Below, in pieces: positions 1 to 9,340 of a stretch of 64,000 bases of DNA (positions within the stretch are counted from its first letter, which is position 1; each line of letters starts with the position of its first letter). The translations under genes were made by a program, and so were the position numbers. The notes below the pieces were generated by a model. The model saw nothing but the letters and a program-made list of their open reading frames with translations. It was not told where the DNA came from and searched no databases. Origin of the DNA: an uncultured Pseudomonadales bacterium. Lineage in GTDB: Bacteria > Pseudomonadota > Gammaproteobacteria > Pseudomonadales > UBA7434. The stretch is from assembly GCA_905478995.1 (NCBI GenBank), contig CAJQKT010000086.1, positions 3,284-67,283 of the forward strand. Reading direction: 5' to 3'.

Positions 1-428
1 TAGCAGCTCGCGATTTTAAGAGCCAGGCATTTGTGGCTGGTCGGCCCATCAAGCGAGGCTGGATGTCTTCAGCGTTTGGTCATCGTACGGATCCATTTAC
101 CGGCAAAAAAGCTTGGCACAATGGTGTCGACTTTGCTGGGAAGTCGGGCAGTGATGTGATTGCTATAGCGAGCGGTGTAGTTACTGCGGCCGAAAAACGC
201 TATGGCTATGGATTGATGGTTGAAATTAATCATGGGGACGGTTTTGTTACGCGCTATGCGCATAATGCTAGCAATTTAGTAGCTATTGGCGACATCGTTG
301 AAAAGGGTGGTGTGGTCGCAAAAATGGGAAGTACAGGCCGATCAACTGGGCCGCATGTCCATTTTGAAGTGTTGCGCAACGGTAAGGCGATGAATCCAGA
401 GCGTTACATTAATCGCGCCAGCTTATAA
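1..428 (+). CDS. M23 family peptidase, 5'-truncated by window edge
   Basis: HNGVD (HxxxD), TRYAH and STGPHVHFEV motifs; frame open to the window start; usual position upstream of secA. Confidence 0.93.
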   Translation, partial: AARDFKSQAFVAGRPIKRGWMSSAFGHRTDPFTGKKAWHNGVDFAGKSGSDVIAIASGVVTAAEKRYGYGLMVEINHGDGFVTRYAHNASNLVAIGDIVEKGGVVAKMGSTGRSTGPHVHFEVLRNGKAMNPERYINRASL

Positions 429-462
429 TTTCACCAATGAAGTCTGTCTGCGGCTGCTGGCT

Positions 463-493
463 CTTGAATACCCTTCGCTAATACCCCAATTAT
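463..493 (+). promoter_or_regulatory. Putative sigma-32 (RpoH) promoter for secA
   Basis: CTTGAAT-14 nt-CCCCAATTAT, close to the CTTGAAA-N13/14-CCCCATnT consensus. Confidence 0.6.
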
Positions 494-788
494 GCTATGG
501 CTGTTCTAGTCACAGTATTATCACCACAATTACCCGAAAGCTTCAATACCGTGCGTTCAACTTATGTCGTTTTGCAGCCAACATGCTATGCTTTCATGCT
601 TGATTTCATTGATATATTTGGGTGCGCGGTAAGCGTCGCGTAACAGCAGTAGCTCTGCATGTTTTTAGTGTTGTTTTGGTTGCTTACCCTACCATCCATT
701 GCTGGTGCTTGGGGCTAGATCGAGATGCTTTAATTGAGCTTCGCCCGTTTTTTTAGCCACTATTTTTTTATATCTATAAAGAATTATT

Positions 789-3542
789 ATGATTGTAAAA
801 GCGTTTAAAACAATTTTTGGAACCCGAAACGATCGTCAGCTTAAGCGTATGCAAAAAGTTGTTCGGCGCGTTAATGCACTGGCTGAGCAGTATTCGGGCC
901 TGACAGATCAGCAGCTTCGCGATAAAACGGACGAATTTAAACAGCGCATTGAGGCCGGTAGCTCGCTAGAGGAGCTTTTACCCGATGCTTTTGCAGTGGT
1001 CAGAGAGGCGGGTGAGCGCAGCTTAGGTTTGCGTCATTTTGATGTGCAGTTGGTAGGCGGTATGACGCTGCATGAAGGCCATATTGCTGAGATGCGCACA
1101 GGTGAGGGTAAAACTCTAGTAGCGACTCTGCCTGCCTACCTCAATGCACTGAGTGGTAAAGGCGTTCATATTGTCACGGTCAATGATTATCTTGCCGAGC
1201 GTGACGCGAATTGGATGCGTCCACTGTATGAATTTTTAGGTTTGCAAGTGGGCGTTATTTTTTCTGGTCAATCTCAGCCTGAAAAACAACAAGCGTACCT
1301 TGCTGATATAACCTATGGCACGAACAATGAGTTTGGCTTTGACTATTTGAGAGATAATACGGCCTTCACGCTAGAAGATCGCGTGATGCGTGATTTGAAT
1401 TTTGCCATTATCGATGAAGTGGATTCTATTCTTATTGATGAGGCGCGAACCCCGCTCATTATTTCGGGTGCCACCGACGATAGCTCGGCCATGTATAAGC
1501 GTATTAATGCTGTTGTTCCAGCGCTTGAGCGCTCTTCGCCTCTCCCCGAAGTGACCAAGTTTGAGCAAAAGCAAGAGCCGGATGGTCATTTCATTGTTGA
1601 TGAAAAACAGCGTCATGTTGAGCTCACTGAAAGCGGCCATCAGTATGTCGAAGAGCTGCTCACCAAGGATAAATTGTTAGAAGAGGGGGAAAGTCTTTAC
1701 TCTCCCACTAATTTAAATTTGCTACATCATGTTAATACAGCTCTGCGCGCGAGTTACCTGTTTACCAAAAACGTAGAATACATCGTTCAAAACGGTAGTA
1801 TTGTGCTGATTGATGAGCACACGGGGCGAACGATGGAAGGGCGTCGTCTGTCTGACGGATTGCATCAGGCGCTTGAAGCCAAAGAAAATGTAAAAATTAA
1901 TTCTGAGAGCCAAACGTTGGCGGCGACCACCTTCCAGAATTTTTTCCGTTTGTATGGAAAGCTTTCGGGCATGACCGGCACGGCCGATACAGAGGCGCCA
2001 GAATTCCATCAAATTTATAACCTTGATGTTATTGTCATTCCAACCAATGTACCCACAATCAGACAAGATCTTATTGATCTTGTCTATCTTTCAGTGGAAG
2101 AAAAATTTGAGGCGGTGGTTAAGGATATTAAGCTGGCAATCGATAACAATGCGCCGGTGTTGGTTGGTACGGCATCTATCGATACCTCCGAGACACTCTC
2201 CAAGTTTTTGAAAAAAGAAAAAGTCGAGCACCGGGTTCTCAATGCAAAATTCCATAAAAGTGAGGCAACGATAGTTGCCGAGGCTGGCCGTCCTGGTGTG
2301 GTGACGATTGCAACTAATATGGCCGGCCGGGGTACTGACATCGTTTTAGGCGGAAGTCTGGAGGCGGAGCTGGCAGCGCTCGATGCTCCTTCACAGGAGG
2401 AGGTTGCACAGCGAACAAGCGCCTGGGAGAAGCGTCATGCTCAGGTTCTTGAAGCAGGTGGCTTGCATATTTTTGGTACGGAGCGTCATGAGTCTCGTCG
2501 TATTGACAATCAGTTGCGTGGTCGTGCGGGTCGCCAAGGTGATCCAGGTGTGACGCGATTTTATTTGTCTATGGAAGACAACTTAATGCGCTTGTTCGCT
2601 TCAGACGGCGTGCGCAATTTTATGCAGCGACTTGGCATGGATGAGGGCGAGGCTATTGAGCATCGCATGGTTTCTAACGCCATAGAAAAGGCGCAAAGAA
2701 AAGTCGAAGGGCGTAATTTTGATATTCGTAAGCAGTTGCTTGAATTTGATGACGTCTCTAATGATCAGAGACAAATCGTATATCAGCAGCGCAACGACAT
2801 CCTGCTCGCCGATGAAATTCTTGGCATGGTCGATGTGATTCGTAAGGATGTGGTTAATGAGTTTATTGATGGCTTTATACCACCGCAAAGTATTGAAGAG
2901 CAGTGGGATGTGCCAGGGCTTGAGCAGGCGTTGAAGCAAGACTACGCACTTGACTTGCCAGTGGTCGAATGGCTTGATAAAGAAGATGATCTTTATGAAG
3001 AGACCCTGCGTGAGCGTATTGTAGAATCTGTTGCGGCGCAATATTTCGCTAAGGTTGAGCCATTGGGCGATGCGGCGCGTCGTTTTGAAAAGCAAATTCT
3101 CTTGCAGGTGCTCGATCAGCTGTGGAAAGAGCACTTGGCAACTATGGATCAATTGCGTCAGGGTATTGGTCTGCGTGGCTATGCTGGGCGCAATCCGAAG
3201 CAAGAATACAAGCGTGAAGCGTTTGAGTTATTTCAGTCGATGTTACGCAATATGAAGCTTGAGTTTATTCGGTTTTTATCGGCAGTTCAAATTCAGCCGC
3301 AAGATGATCCCGATGCTATAGAGAAACAGAGACGTGCTGAACAGGCCCGAGAAACTATCACTGCCCAGCATCCTAACGCTCAAGCCGCGGCGCAGATAGT
3401 CGGTGCTGAGGAAAGTGTTGATGAGGATGGCGCTTCATCAGCGCAACCTATGGTTAGAGGTGAGCGCAAGGTGGGGCGCAATGAGCCGTGTCCGTGTGGG
3501 TCAGGTAAAAAATACAAGCAATGCCACGGCAAGCTATCTTGA
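789..3542 (+). CDS. secA: Preprotein translocase ATPase SecA
   Basis: MRTGEGKT Walker [33 protein letters not shown]-terminal [14 protein letters not shown]. Confidence 0.99.
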   Translation: MIVKAFKTIFGTRNDRQLKRMQKVVRRVNALAEQYSGLTDQQLRDKTDEFKQRIEAGSSLEELLPDAFAVVREAGERSLGLRHFDVQLVGGMTLHEGHIAEMRTGEGKTLVATLPAYLNALSGKGVHIVTVNDYLAERDANWMRPLYEFLGLQVGVIFSGQSQPEKQQAYLADITYGTNNEFGFDYLRDNTAFTLEDRVMRDLNFAIIDEVDSILIDEARTPLIISGATDDSSAMYKRINAVVPALERSSPLPEVTKFEQKQEPDGHFIVDEKQRHVELTESGHQYVEELLTKDKLLEEGESLYSPTNLNLLHHVNTALRASYLFTKNVEYIVQNGSIVLIDEHTGRTMEGRRLSDGLHQALEAKENVKINSESQTLAATTFQNFFRLYGKLSGMTGTADTEAPEFHQIYNLDVIVIPTNVPTIRQDLIDLVYLSVEEKFEAVVKDIKLAIDNNAPVLVGTASIDTSETLSKFLKKEKVEHRVLNAKFHKSEATIVAEAGRPGVVTIATNMAGRGTDIVLGGSLEAELAALDAPSQEEVAQRTSAWEKRHAQVLEAGGLHIFGTERHESRRIDNQLRGRAGRQGDPGVTRFYLSMEDNLMRLFASDGVRNFMQRLGMDEGEAIEHRMVSNAIEKAQRKVEGRNFDIRKQLLEFDDVSNDQRQIVYQQRNDILLADEILGMVDVIRKDVVNEFIDGFIPPQSIEEQWDVPGLEQALKQDYALDLPVVEWLDKEDDLYEETLRERIVESVAAQYFAKVEPLGDAARRFEKQILLQVLDQLWKEHLATMDQLRQGIGLRGYAGRNPKQEYKREAFELFQSMLRNMKLEFIRFLSAVQIQPQDDPDAIEKQRRAEQARETITAQHPNAQAAAQIVGAEESVDEDGASSAQPMVRGERKVGRNEPCPCGSGKKYKQCHGKLS

Positions 3543-3573
3543 GCGGTAACTAGATGGATGCGTCCTAAGTTTT

Positions 3574-4809
3574 ATGATTGAGTTTAAATCAACTCCACAA
3601 GCCGTCGGCGGTGTGCGCTGGTCGACTGCTGCTGCGGGTATTAAAAACAGCGCCCCCGCGAGTAGCTCCCCCGACGTTGCCTTAATGGAGATTGCTGCGT
3701 GCAGCAATGTTGCTGGTGTTTTTACCTTGAATGCTTTTGCTGCTGCACCAGTGATTGTGGCTAAGCGGCATTTAGCGTTGCTTCAAAAAAAGGCTAGCTC
3801 AGGCCCTATTTTTTGTTTGATCAATTCGGGTAATGCCAATGCTGGCACAGGGGCTGCTGGTTTGGTGGCTGCCGATACCAGTTGTCAGAGTGTGTCTGAG
3901 CAGTTCGCTGGTGAGCAGCACTCGGTACTGCCTTTTTCTACTGGCGTAATCGGTGAGTCGCTTGCGGTTCAAAAAATTACCAACGTGATGCCAGCGCTAG
4001 CAGATTCGCTGTCGGAGGCCGCTTGGGATGAAGCCGCTAGGGCCATCATGACCACTGATACGGTGCCAAAGATAGGTAGCTGTGAGCTTGAGATTGATGG
4101 GCAGTCGGTAGTACTTACCGGAATCGCCAAAGGTGCAGGCATGATTAAGCCGAATATGGCAACTATGCTCGCTTTCGTTGCAACCGATGCACTGATCGCA
4201 CAAGACGCGCTGACCGATTTATTGCAGGGCGCAGTTAATCAATCGTTTAATCGCATCACTGTGGACGGTGACACCTCAACCAATGATGCTTGTATTTTGG
4301 CCGCTACAGGTTGTTCGGGTGTGCCAATTAATCGCGGTACCGGGGCTTGGGCGAAAATGCAGCAAGCAATAGATGGTTTGCTCATTCAGTTGGCTACAGC
4401 GATTATTCGCGATGCCGAGGGAGCCACGAAGTTCATTACCATTGATGTTTGCGGCGGAGCCTCGGTGAACGAATGCTTACAGGTGGGGTATGCCATTGCT
4501 GAATCGCCCTTAGTCAAAACAGCCTTTTTTGCTAGTGACGCTAATTGGGGGAGAATTCTTGCCGCGATTGGACGATCAGGCCTGTCGCAGCTAAATATCG
4601 ATGCGGTTGAAATTAGTTTAAATGGTTATTGCTTATGTCGTAATGGTGGTCGAGTGTCTGATTATGACGAGCAAAAAGCATCCGAAATTATGGCGCAGTC
4701 GGAGATTGTGTTAACTATAAAATTGCAGCGAGGTTCTTTTAGCGAGCGCTTGTGGACCAGCGATTTGTCACATGATTACGTTCGAATTAATGCGGAATAT
4801 AGAACCTGA
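3574..4809 (+). CDS. argJ: Bifunctional glutamate N-acetyltransferase/ornithine acetyltransferase
   Basis: NSGNANAGTG, KGAGMIKPNMATML, VDGDTSTND, C-terminal INAEYRT. Confidence 0.97.
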   Translation: MIEFKSTPQAVGGVRWSTAAAGIKNSAPASSSPDVALMEIAACSNVAGVFTLNAFAAAPVIVAKRHLALLQKKASSGPIFCLINSGNANAGTGAAGLVAADTSCQSVSEQFAGEQHSVLPFSTGVIGESLAVQKITNVMPALADSLSEAAWDEAARAIMTTDTVPKIGSCELEIDGQSVVLTGIAKGAGMIKPNMATMLAFVATDALIAQDALTDLLQGAVNQSFNRITVDGDTSTNDACILAATGCSGVPINRGTGAWAKMQQAIDGLLIQLATAIIRDAEGATKFITIDVCGGASVNECLQVGYAIAESPLVKTAFFASDANWGRILAAIGRSGLSQLNIDAVEISLNGYCLCRNGGRVSDYDEQKASEIMAQSEIVLTIKLQRGSFSERLWTSDLSHDYVRINAEYRT

Positions 4810-4852
4810 AATGATGCTGAGTTGGGCACTATGTCGTTAGTAAGTCGTTAGT

Positions 4853-5269
4853 ATGCCGTTAGTTCATGTTGCCGTAGGCGTGGTTTTAAATAGCCATAAT
4901 GAAGTTCTGATTGCGCTGCGTGCTAAGCAAGCTCATCAAGGTGGCTTATGGGAGTTTCCTGGCGGCAAAGTTGAGGTAGATGAAACTATTCAGCAGGCAC
5001 TGGTAAGAGAGCTCAAAGAAGAGCTAGATATTATTGCCGAATGTTTTGAGCCGCTAGTGGTTATTGAACACGATTATGGTGACAAGACTGTGCGGCTTGA
5101 TGTGTGGCTGGTTACCCAATTTGATGGAGATCCAGTTGGTTGTGAAGGTCAGCAAGTTAAGTGGTCGACGATTGATGAATTAACTCGCTATGAATTCCCT
5201 GCGGCCAATAAAAAAATAATCGAAAAGATTTTTTCGTTGCGTGCCGCTGGTCTAACTAGCGACGTTTAG
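4853..5269 (+). CDS. mutT: 8-oxo-dGTP diphosphatase MutT (Nudix)
   Basis: WEFPGGKVE...RELKEEL Nudix box, FPAAN; follows secA-argJ. Confidence 0.9.
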   Translation: MPLVHVAVGVVLNSHNEVLIALRAKQAHQGGLWEFPGGKVEVDETIQQALVRELKEELDIIAECFEPLVVIEHDYGDKTVRLDVWLVTQFDGDPVGCEGQQVKWSTIDELTRYEFPAANKKIIEKIFSLRAAGLTSDV

Positions 5270-6857
5270 ATGTTGCGAAAATGGCTTGTCGCTTTTGAAT
5301 ATAGCCTAGCCCTAGACCTAAAATAGCCAGCGCCCAAAGTGGAAAGGGTATGTTGGTGTCAATGATTACCGGCACGTCTGTGGGCACTTCCGCCCATGCA
5401 AGGCTGTAGTCCCAGTCAAAATCACTTTGCCCTGATGCTCGTGTTACGCGTAATTGATAGTGTGTGTTGGCTTGCAATGGGAACCAAATATTTTCAGTAT
5501 TATTGATCGTGCTAGTGGAGTCTGCGATCACCTGATTGCCGTTAGTTACATCGATGAGCTCCAAGTCGAGGTTGTGAAGCACTGCGGATTCATCGAAAAA
5601 GAGCGACGAATTTGCAGTGCCCGTCACCGCTAAATTCCACACTAACGCGACGCCCAGTTCACTTGGATGATCAATCACGCCTAAATCATAAGTCGCTGTG
5701 ATGTTAGAGCCGCCGCTGCCTCCAAATTGGTTGTCATGGTCAAAGCCCATATAGCCGCTATTGAGTGAGCCACCATCTTCAATGCTGGCCGCCTCGCCGG
5801 CGGCGAGAATTTGGTAGCTGCGGTGTATGTTGAGTTGGCCGGCGCCATAACGCCAATCCAGGCCATTGTCGGTTTGGTTAGTGGGCAGTACGCGGTATTC
5901 GTCAATATCACCTTGTGTTGCTGAAGTGGTGTTGTTGGTGACTCGCGAGGCGCCTGCCATGAGCGCAGCTTTGATGGTTTCGATGCGCTCAGCATTTTGT
6001 ATAAGGTTGTTGCTTCGGTTGGTCGTTGATGCGTCTGACCACGCTGGATTTTGCTGGGCGGCTTCAATTAACAGAGCGATGGCTGATGAGACGATACCCA
6101 CTGAGTCACTTGTATAGCTCATCGGCGTCACTATATGTATGCTCGGTCGCCCTGCAACATAAATGCTGTCTAGGGCGATAACGCCATCGGCATGAGTTGC
6201 GTCGGTTACACCCGCAACAATGCCGTTGAGTGCAGTTGCGAAAAATGGGCTGTCGGCAGCGTTGTTTTGGATGCCATAGATTTGAATAAGCTCGTCGACA
6301 TCGGATACCCAGTCAGCTAAGCGCAGGAACGTTGATGTTCCAGTGGGTGAAAAATTCCCGCTACTGTCATTGATGCCGCCCCCAACCCAGCTATGGTTGG
6401 CAATGCGTCGATTTGTTTCAAGCGGAATCGCTCGGCGCTCGCCAGGGTCTTTTCCGGCCGGCACGAGGTGCTGGAATAGCCAGGTGCTCGCACTGTGCGC
6501 ACCAATGTCACTGATGCTGGGGCTTATTGACGTGCCGTTACCGTAAAAGTTTTTCGCCACAGTTGTTGCGTGGGAGCTGGCGCCTACCGATGCAGGTAGG
6601 CCTAATGCTACGATCGATTTGCCGGCAAACTCGCTATTGGTTGCATCGGGGGCCCAATTACCTGCTGCATCTGTGGCTTCAACTTGAAAAACAGGCACGC
6701 CGCTGCCACTAGGCAGCGACGCACCCAGCAGCGATGATAATTCGGTAAAACCGATATCATCTTTTAACGTAGCGTTAGTGCTCGAGTGCCACAGAGTGGC
6801 TGTACTGAGTACCATCAGCCAACGCACAGGCAGAGTTCGGGCTAATTTAAAATACAT
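5256..6857 (-). CDS. Secreted subtilase (S8)-like protein with C-terminal membrane sorting tail
   Basis: N-terminal hydrophobic leader; VFQVE, SHATTVA, ANHSW, TSDS..IVSSAIALL, IKAALMAGA, YGAGQLN and NLDLEL motifs; C-terminal IPFPLWALAILGLGLGYIQKR. Start uncertain (6857 or 6911). Confidence 0.75.
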   Translation of the reverse strand: MYFKLARTLPVRWLMVLSTATLWHSSTNATLKDDIGFTELSSLLGASLPSGSGVPVFQVEATDAAGNWAPDATNSEFAGKSIVALGLPASVGASSHATTVAKNFYGNGTSISPSISDIGAHSASTWLFQHLVPAGKDPGERRAIPLETNRRIANHSWVGGGINDSSGNFSPTGTSTFLRLADWVSDVDELIQIYGIQNNAADSPFFATALNGIVAGVTDATHADGVIALDSIYVAGRPSIHIVTPMSYTSDSVGIVSSAIALLIEAAQQNPAWSDASTTNRSNNLIQNAERIETIKAALMAGASRVTNNTTSATQGDIDEYRVLPTNQTDNGLDWRYGAGQLNIHRSYQILAAGEAASIEDGGSLNSGYMGFDHDNQFGGSGGSNITATYDLGVIDHPSELGVALVWNLAVTGTANSSLFFDESAVLHNLDLELIDVTNGNQVIADSTSTINNTENIWFPLQANTHYQLRVTRASGQSDFDWDYSLAWAEVPTDVPVIIDTNIPFPLWALAILGLGLGYIQKRQAIFATSKRR

Positions 6858-7134
6858 TGCGAAGGTTACTATTATTGAAAAGCACTTTTTATTAAAGTTG
6901 ACGCACTGCAAGGCTGTGCCTGACGTTGCCGTTATCGTTCAACTTTTATCTTATTGACCGAGGCAATAATACATCAATTGGCAGATTCTGGGTGAGTAAT
7001 TACGTTATTGGGTGGTGGCGGGCTGTGGGTTTTGAGATGGTCATCCGTCCGCGTGCGGGTCGGACGGTTTGGCGCGGTACTGTACCAAGCCGCGATAGCG
7101 ATAAATTATTAACCTATTGAAATTAAATGATTTT

Positions 7135-7329
7135 TTATTGGTCTTCGGACGGTTCGCTAAAGATATCGTCATAGTCGCCGGCCCCAGCAATTCGCTTCTC
7201 TTCATTGGCCCAGTCGATAAAGTCGGCGTCTTGGCAGCGTTTTGAGCAAAAGGGTCGATAAGTGCTGGTAGGGACCCAGGGTACTATTTCGGCGCAAGTT
7301 GGGCAGTTGACTTCAGTATCTTTTGGCAT
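7135..7329 (-). CDS. yacG: DNA gyrase inhibitor YacG
   Basis: CPTC...RPFCSKRC...DWANEE; downstream of coaE; ATG at 7329 (alternative TTG at 7341). Confidence 0.95.
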   Translation of the reverse strand: MPKDTEVNCPTCAEIVPWVPTSTYRPFCSKRCQDADFIDWANEEKRIAGAGDYDDIFSEPSEDQ

Positions 7330-7336
7330 GCTCGTC

Positions 7337-7370
7337 TTCAAGGTTCAAGGTTCAAGGTTCAAGGTTCAAG
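7337..7370. repeat. 7-bp tandem repeat (TTCAAGG)x4 + TTCAAG
   Basis: Read directly; lies between the coaE stop and the yacG start. Confidence 0.95.
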
Positions 7371-8016
7371 TTCGGTCTGAGTGCAGGTCAGCCATGTTGC
7401 AATAGGTTGTATGCAGATTGTCCACTGCTGCAAATAGCGATTCTAAAGAGCCACTATTATCGACGATGTCATCGGCTCGCGCTAATTTTTCGTCGCGATG
7501 CATTTGGCTCTCAATAATTTTGTTTATTTGCGCTGAGCTATTAGCATCGCGTGTGATGACTCGCTCAATTTGTAGCGGTTTCGGTACGTCAATCAGCAAA
7601 ATGCGGTCTACTCGTTCGTGCTGACCGGACTCAAGAAGTAGTGGTGATTCCAGAATCCTGTAAGGCGCGTCCTGTTTATGCTGTGGTGCATGGAGGCGTT
7701 GATGGATGATCTCGCCAACCAGCGGGTGGGTCAGGTGCTCGAGCCAGCGACGATCCGTTTCGTTGCTAAATACAATGGTGCGTAACTTCGCTCGGTTGAG
7801 GCTTCCATCTTCTTGCAGGACCGCAAGGCCGAAGCGTTCGGCAATGGCCTCAAGGGCTGGGCTTCCGGGTGCTACGACTTCTCGAGCCACGCTGTCGGCG
7901 TTAATCACGGTCACGCCATGCTCTATAAAGCGTTCAGCTGCAGCGGACTTTCCGCTGCCAATGCCACCCGTCAGGCCAATGATAAGGGTTGGTGTGGCAT
8001 GCTCTGTTTGTTTCAT
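7366..8016 (-). CDS. coaE: Dephospho-CoA kinase
   Basis: GLTGGIGSGKS, DGSLNRAKLR, THP, PLLLE. Confidence 0.97.
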   Translation of the reverse strand: MKQTEHATPTLIIGLTGGIGSGKSAAAERFIEHGVTVINADSVAREVVAPGSPALEAIAERFGLAVLQEDGSLNRAKLRTIVFSNETDRRWLEHLTHPLVGEIIHQRLHAPQHKQDAPYRILESPLLLESGQHERVDRILLIDVPKPLQIERVITRDANSSAQINKIIESQMHRDEKLARADDIVDNSGSLESLFAAVDNLHTTYCNMADLHSDRT

Positions 8017-8251
8017 CTACTCATGCCTCGCGGCTAAATTATGTGTAAGAGCGAATCGTCGCTTGTTAGGATGGGTGGCATCGACCAGCATGCGAGTAAC
8101 GCTGCCATCCCCATTACATTATACGGTGATCAGCACAATATCGGCTGCGAAGTAAATAATGACAGTGCCGCATGTGTTTAGGCTATTGGCCTTGGGCAGG
8201 TGGCAGTTTAGACTCTGTATTCCCTAGCTTGTTTATTGCGTCGAGGCTTGT

Positions 8252-9268
8252 ATGGATTTTGTTGGCAGTCATATTCTGTCTATCGATCAGTTTGAACGTC
8301 CTGATATTGATCGTATATTTGCAGTGGCGGTTTTAATGGAGCCCTTTGCGCAGCGCAAACGCGTAACCAAAGTGCTCGATGGCGCCATACTAGGCAATAT
8401 GTTTTTTGAGGCCAGTACGCGCACGCGCATTAGTTTTGGCTGCGCTTTCAATTTGTTAGGCGGCGAGGTTCGCGAAACCACTGGTATTGAAAATAGTGCC
8501 TTGGCTAAGGGCGAGTCGCTCTACGATACCGCTCGAGTACTGAGTGGCTACAGTGATGTGATTGTCATGCGCCATCCCGAAGCCGGCTCGGTGGCTGAGT
8601 TTGCTTCGGCTAGTCGAGTGCCGGTGTTAAATGGTGGTGATGGCGCTAATGAGCACCCGACACAAGCCTTACTCGATTTATACACCATTCAAAAAGAAAT
8701 GCTCGCTAAGCAGCGCCAGCTTGATGGTTTGCGTATTGCAATGATCGGCGACCTTAAATATGGCCGCACGGTTCATTCGCTGGTGAAGTTGTTGTGTCGT
8801 TATAAGAATATCCATTTGCATTTGATAGCGCCGGCAGCCTTGCAGATGCCTGAGCATCTCGTTGAAATGGCTCGCGCTAATGGTCACACCGTGCACATCT
8901 CTGAGCAGCTTGAGGGCAGTATTGCGCATGTCGATATTGCTTACTCCACGCGCATTCAAGAGGAGCGATTTGGCTCGCGAGCGGAAGCCGATCTCTACCG
9001 AGGCAAGTTCAGACTTAATCAGAGCGTCTATACCCAGCATTGCGAGCCTAATACGGTCATTATGCATCCGCTGCCGCGAGATTCCCGTGCTGAGGCGAAC
9101 GAGTTGGATACCGACCTTAATGAGAATCCTAATTTGGCTATTTTTCGTCAAGCCGATAATGGCATCGTTATTCGTATGGCGCTGTTTGCGCTCACTCTCG
9201 ATGTTGTGGATGCCATTGATGACTGTTCGCAAGCGGTGGGTTGGTATACAGGTAGCCGCTTCCAGTAA
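8252..9268 (+). CDS. pyrB: Aspartate carbamoyltransferase catalytic subunit
   Basis: FFEASTRT, HPTQ, GDLKYGRTVHS, TRIQEER, MHPLPR. Confidence 0.96.
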   Translation: MDFVGSHILSIDQFERPDIDRIFAVAVLMEPFAQRKRVTKVLDGAILGNMFFEASTRTRISFGCAFNLLGGEVRETTGIENSALAKGESLYDTARVLSGYSDVIVMRHPEAGSVAEFASASRVPVLNGGDGANEHPTQALLDLYTIQKEMLAKQRQLDGLRIAMIGDLKYGRTVHSLVKLLCRYKNIHLHLIAPAALQMPEHLVEMARANGHTVHISEQLEGSIAHVDIAYSTRIQEERFGSRAEADLYRGKFRLNQSVYTQHCEPNTVIMHPLPRDSRAEANELDTDLNENPNLAIFRQADNGIVIRMALFALTLDVVDAIDDCSQAVGWYTGSRFQ

Positions 9269-9340
9269 TGCACAAAAATATTAGCTATGCGGTAGTACAT
9301 CAACAATTAGCTTACGCTAACGGCGAGGTATAGCCTACCG

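Noticed and set aside
501-515. CTGT...ACAG palindrome resembling a LexA box upstream of secA
   Set aside because: The spacer is 7 nt rather than the required 8
6908-6921. Sigma-54-like GGCAC...TTGC upstream of the subtilase-like gene
   Set aside because: GG-to-GC spacing is 9 nt rather than 10
7323-7517. ORF with [11 protein letters not shown] repeats
   Set aside because: It is only a translation of the heptamer repeat, antisense to coaE/yacG
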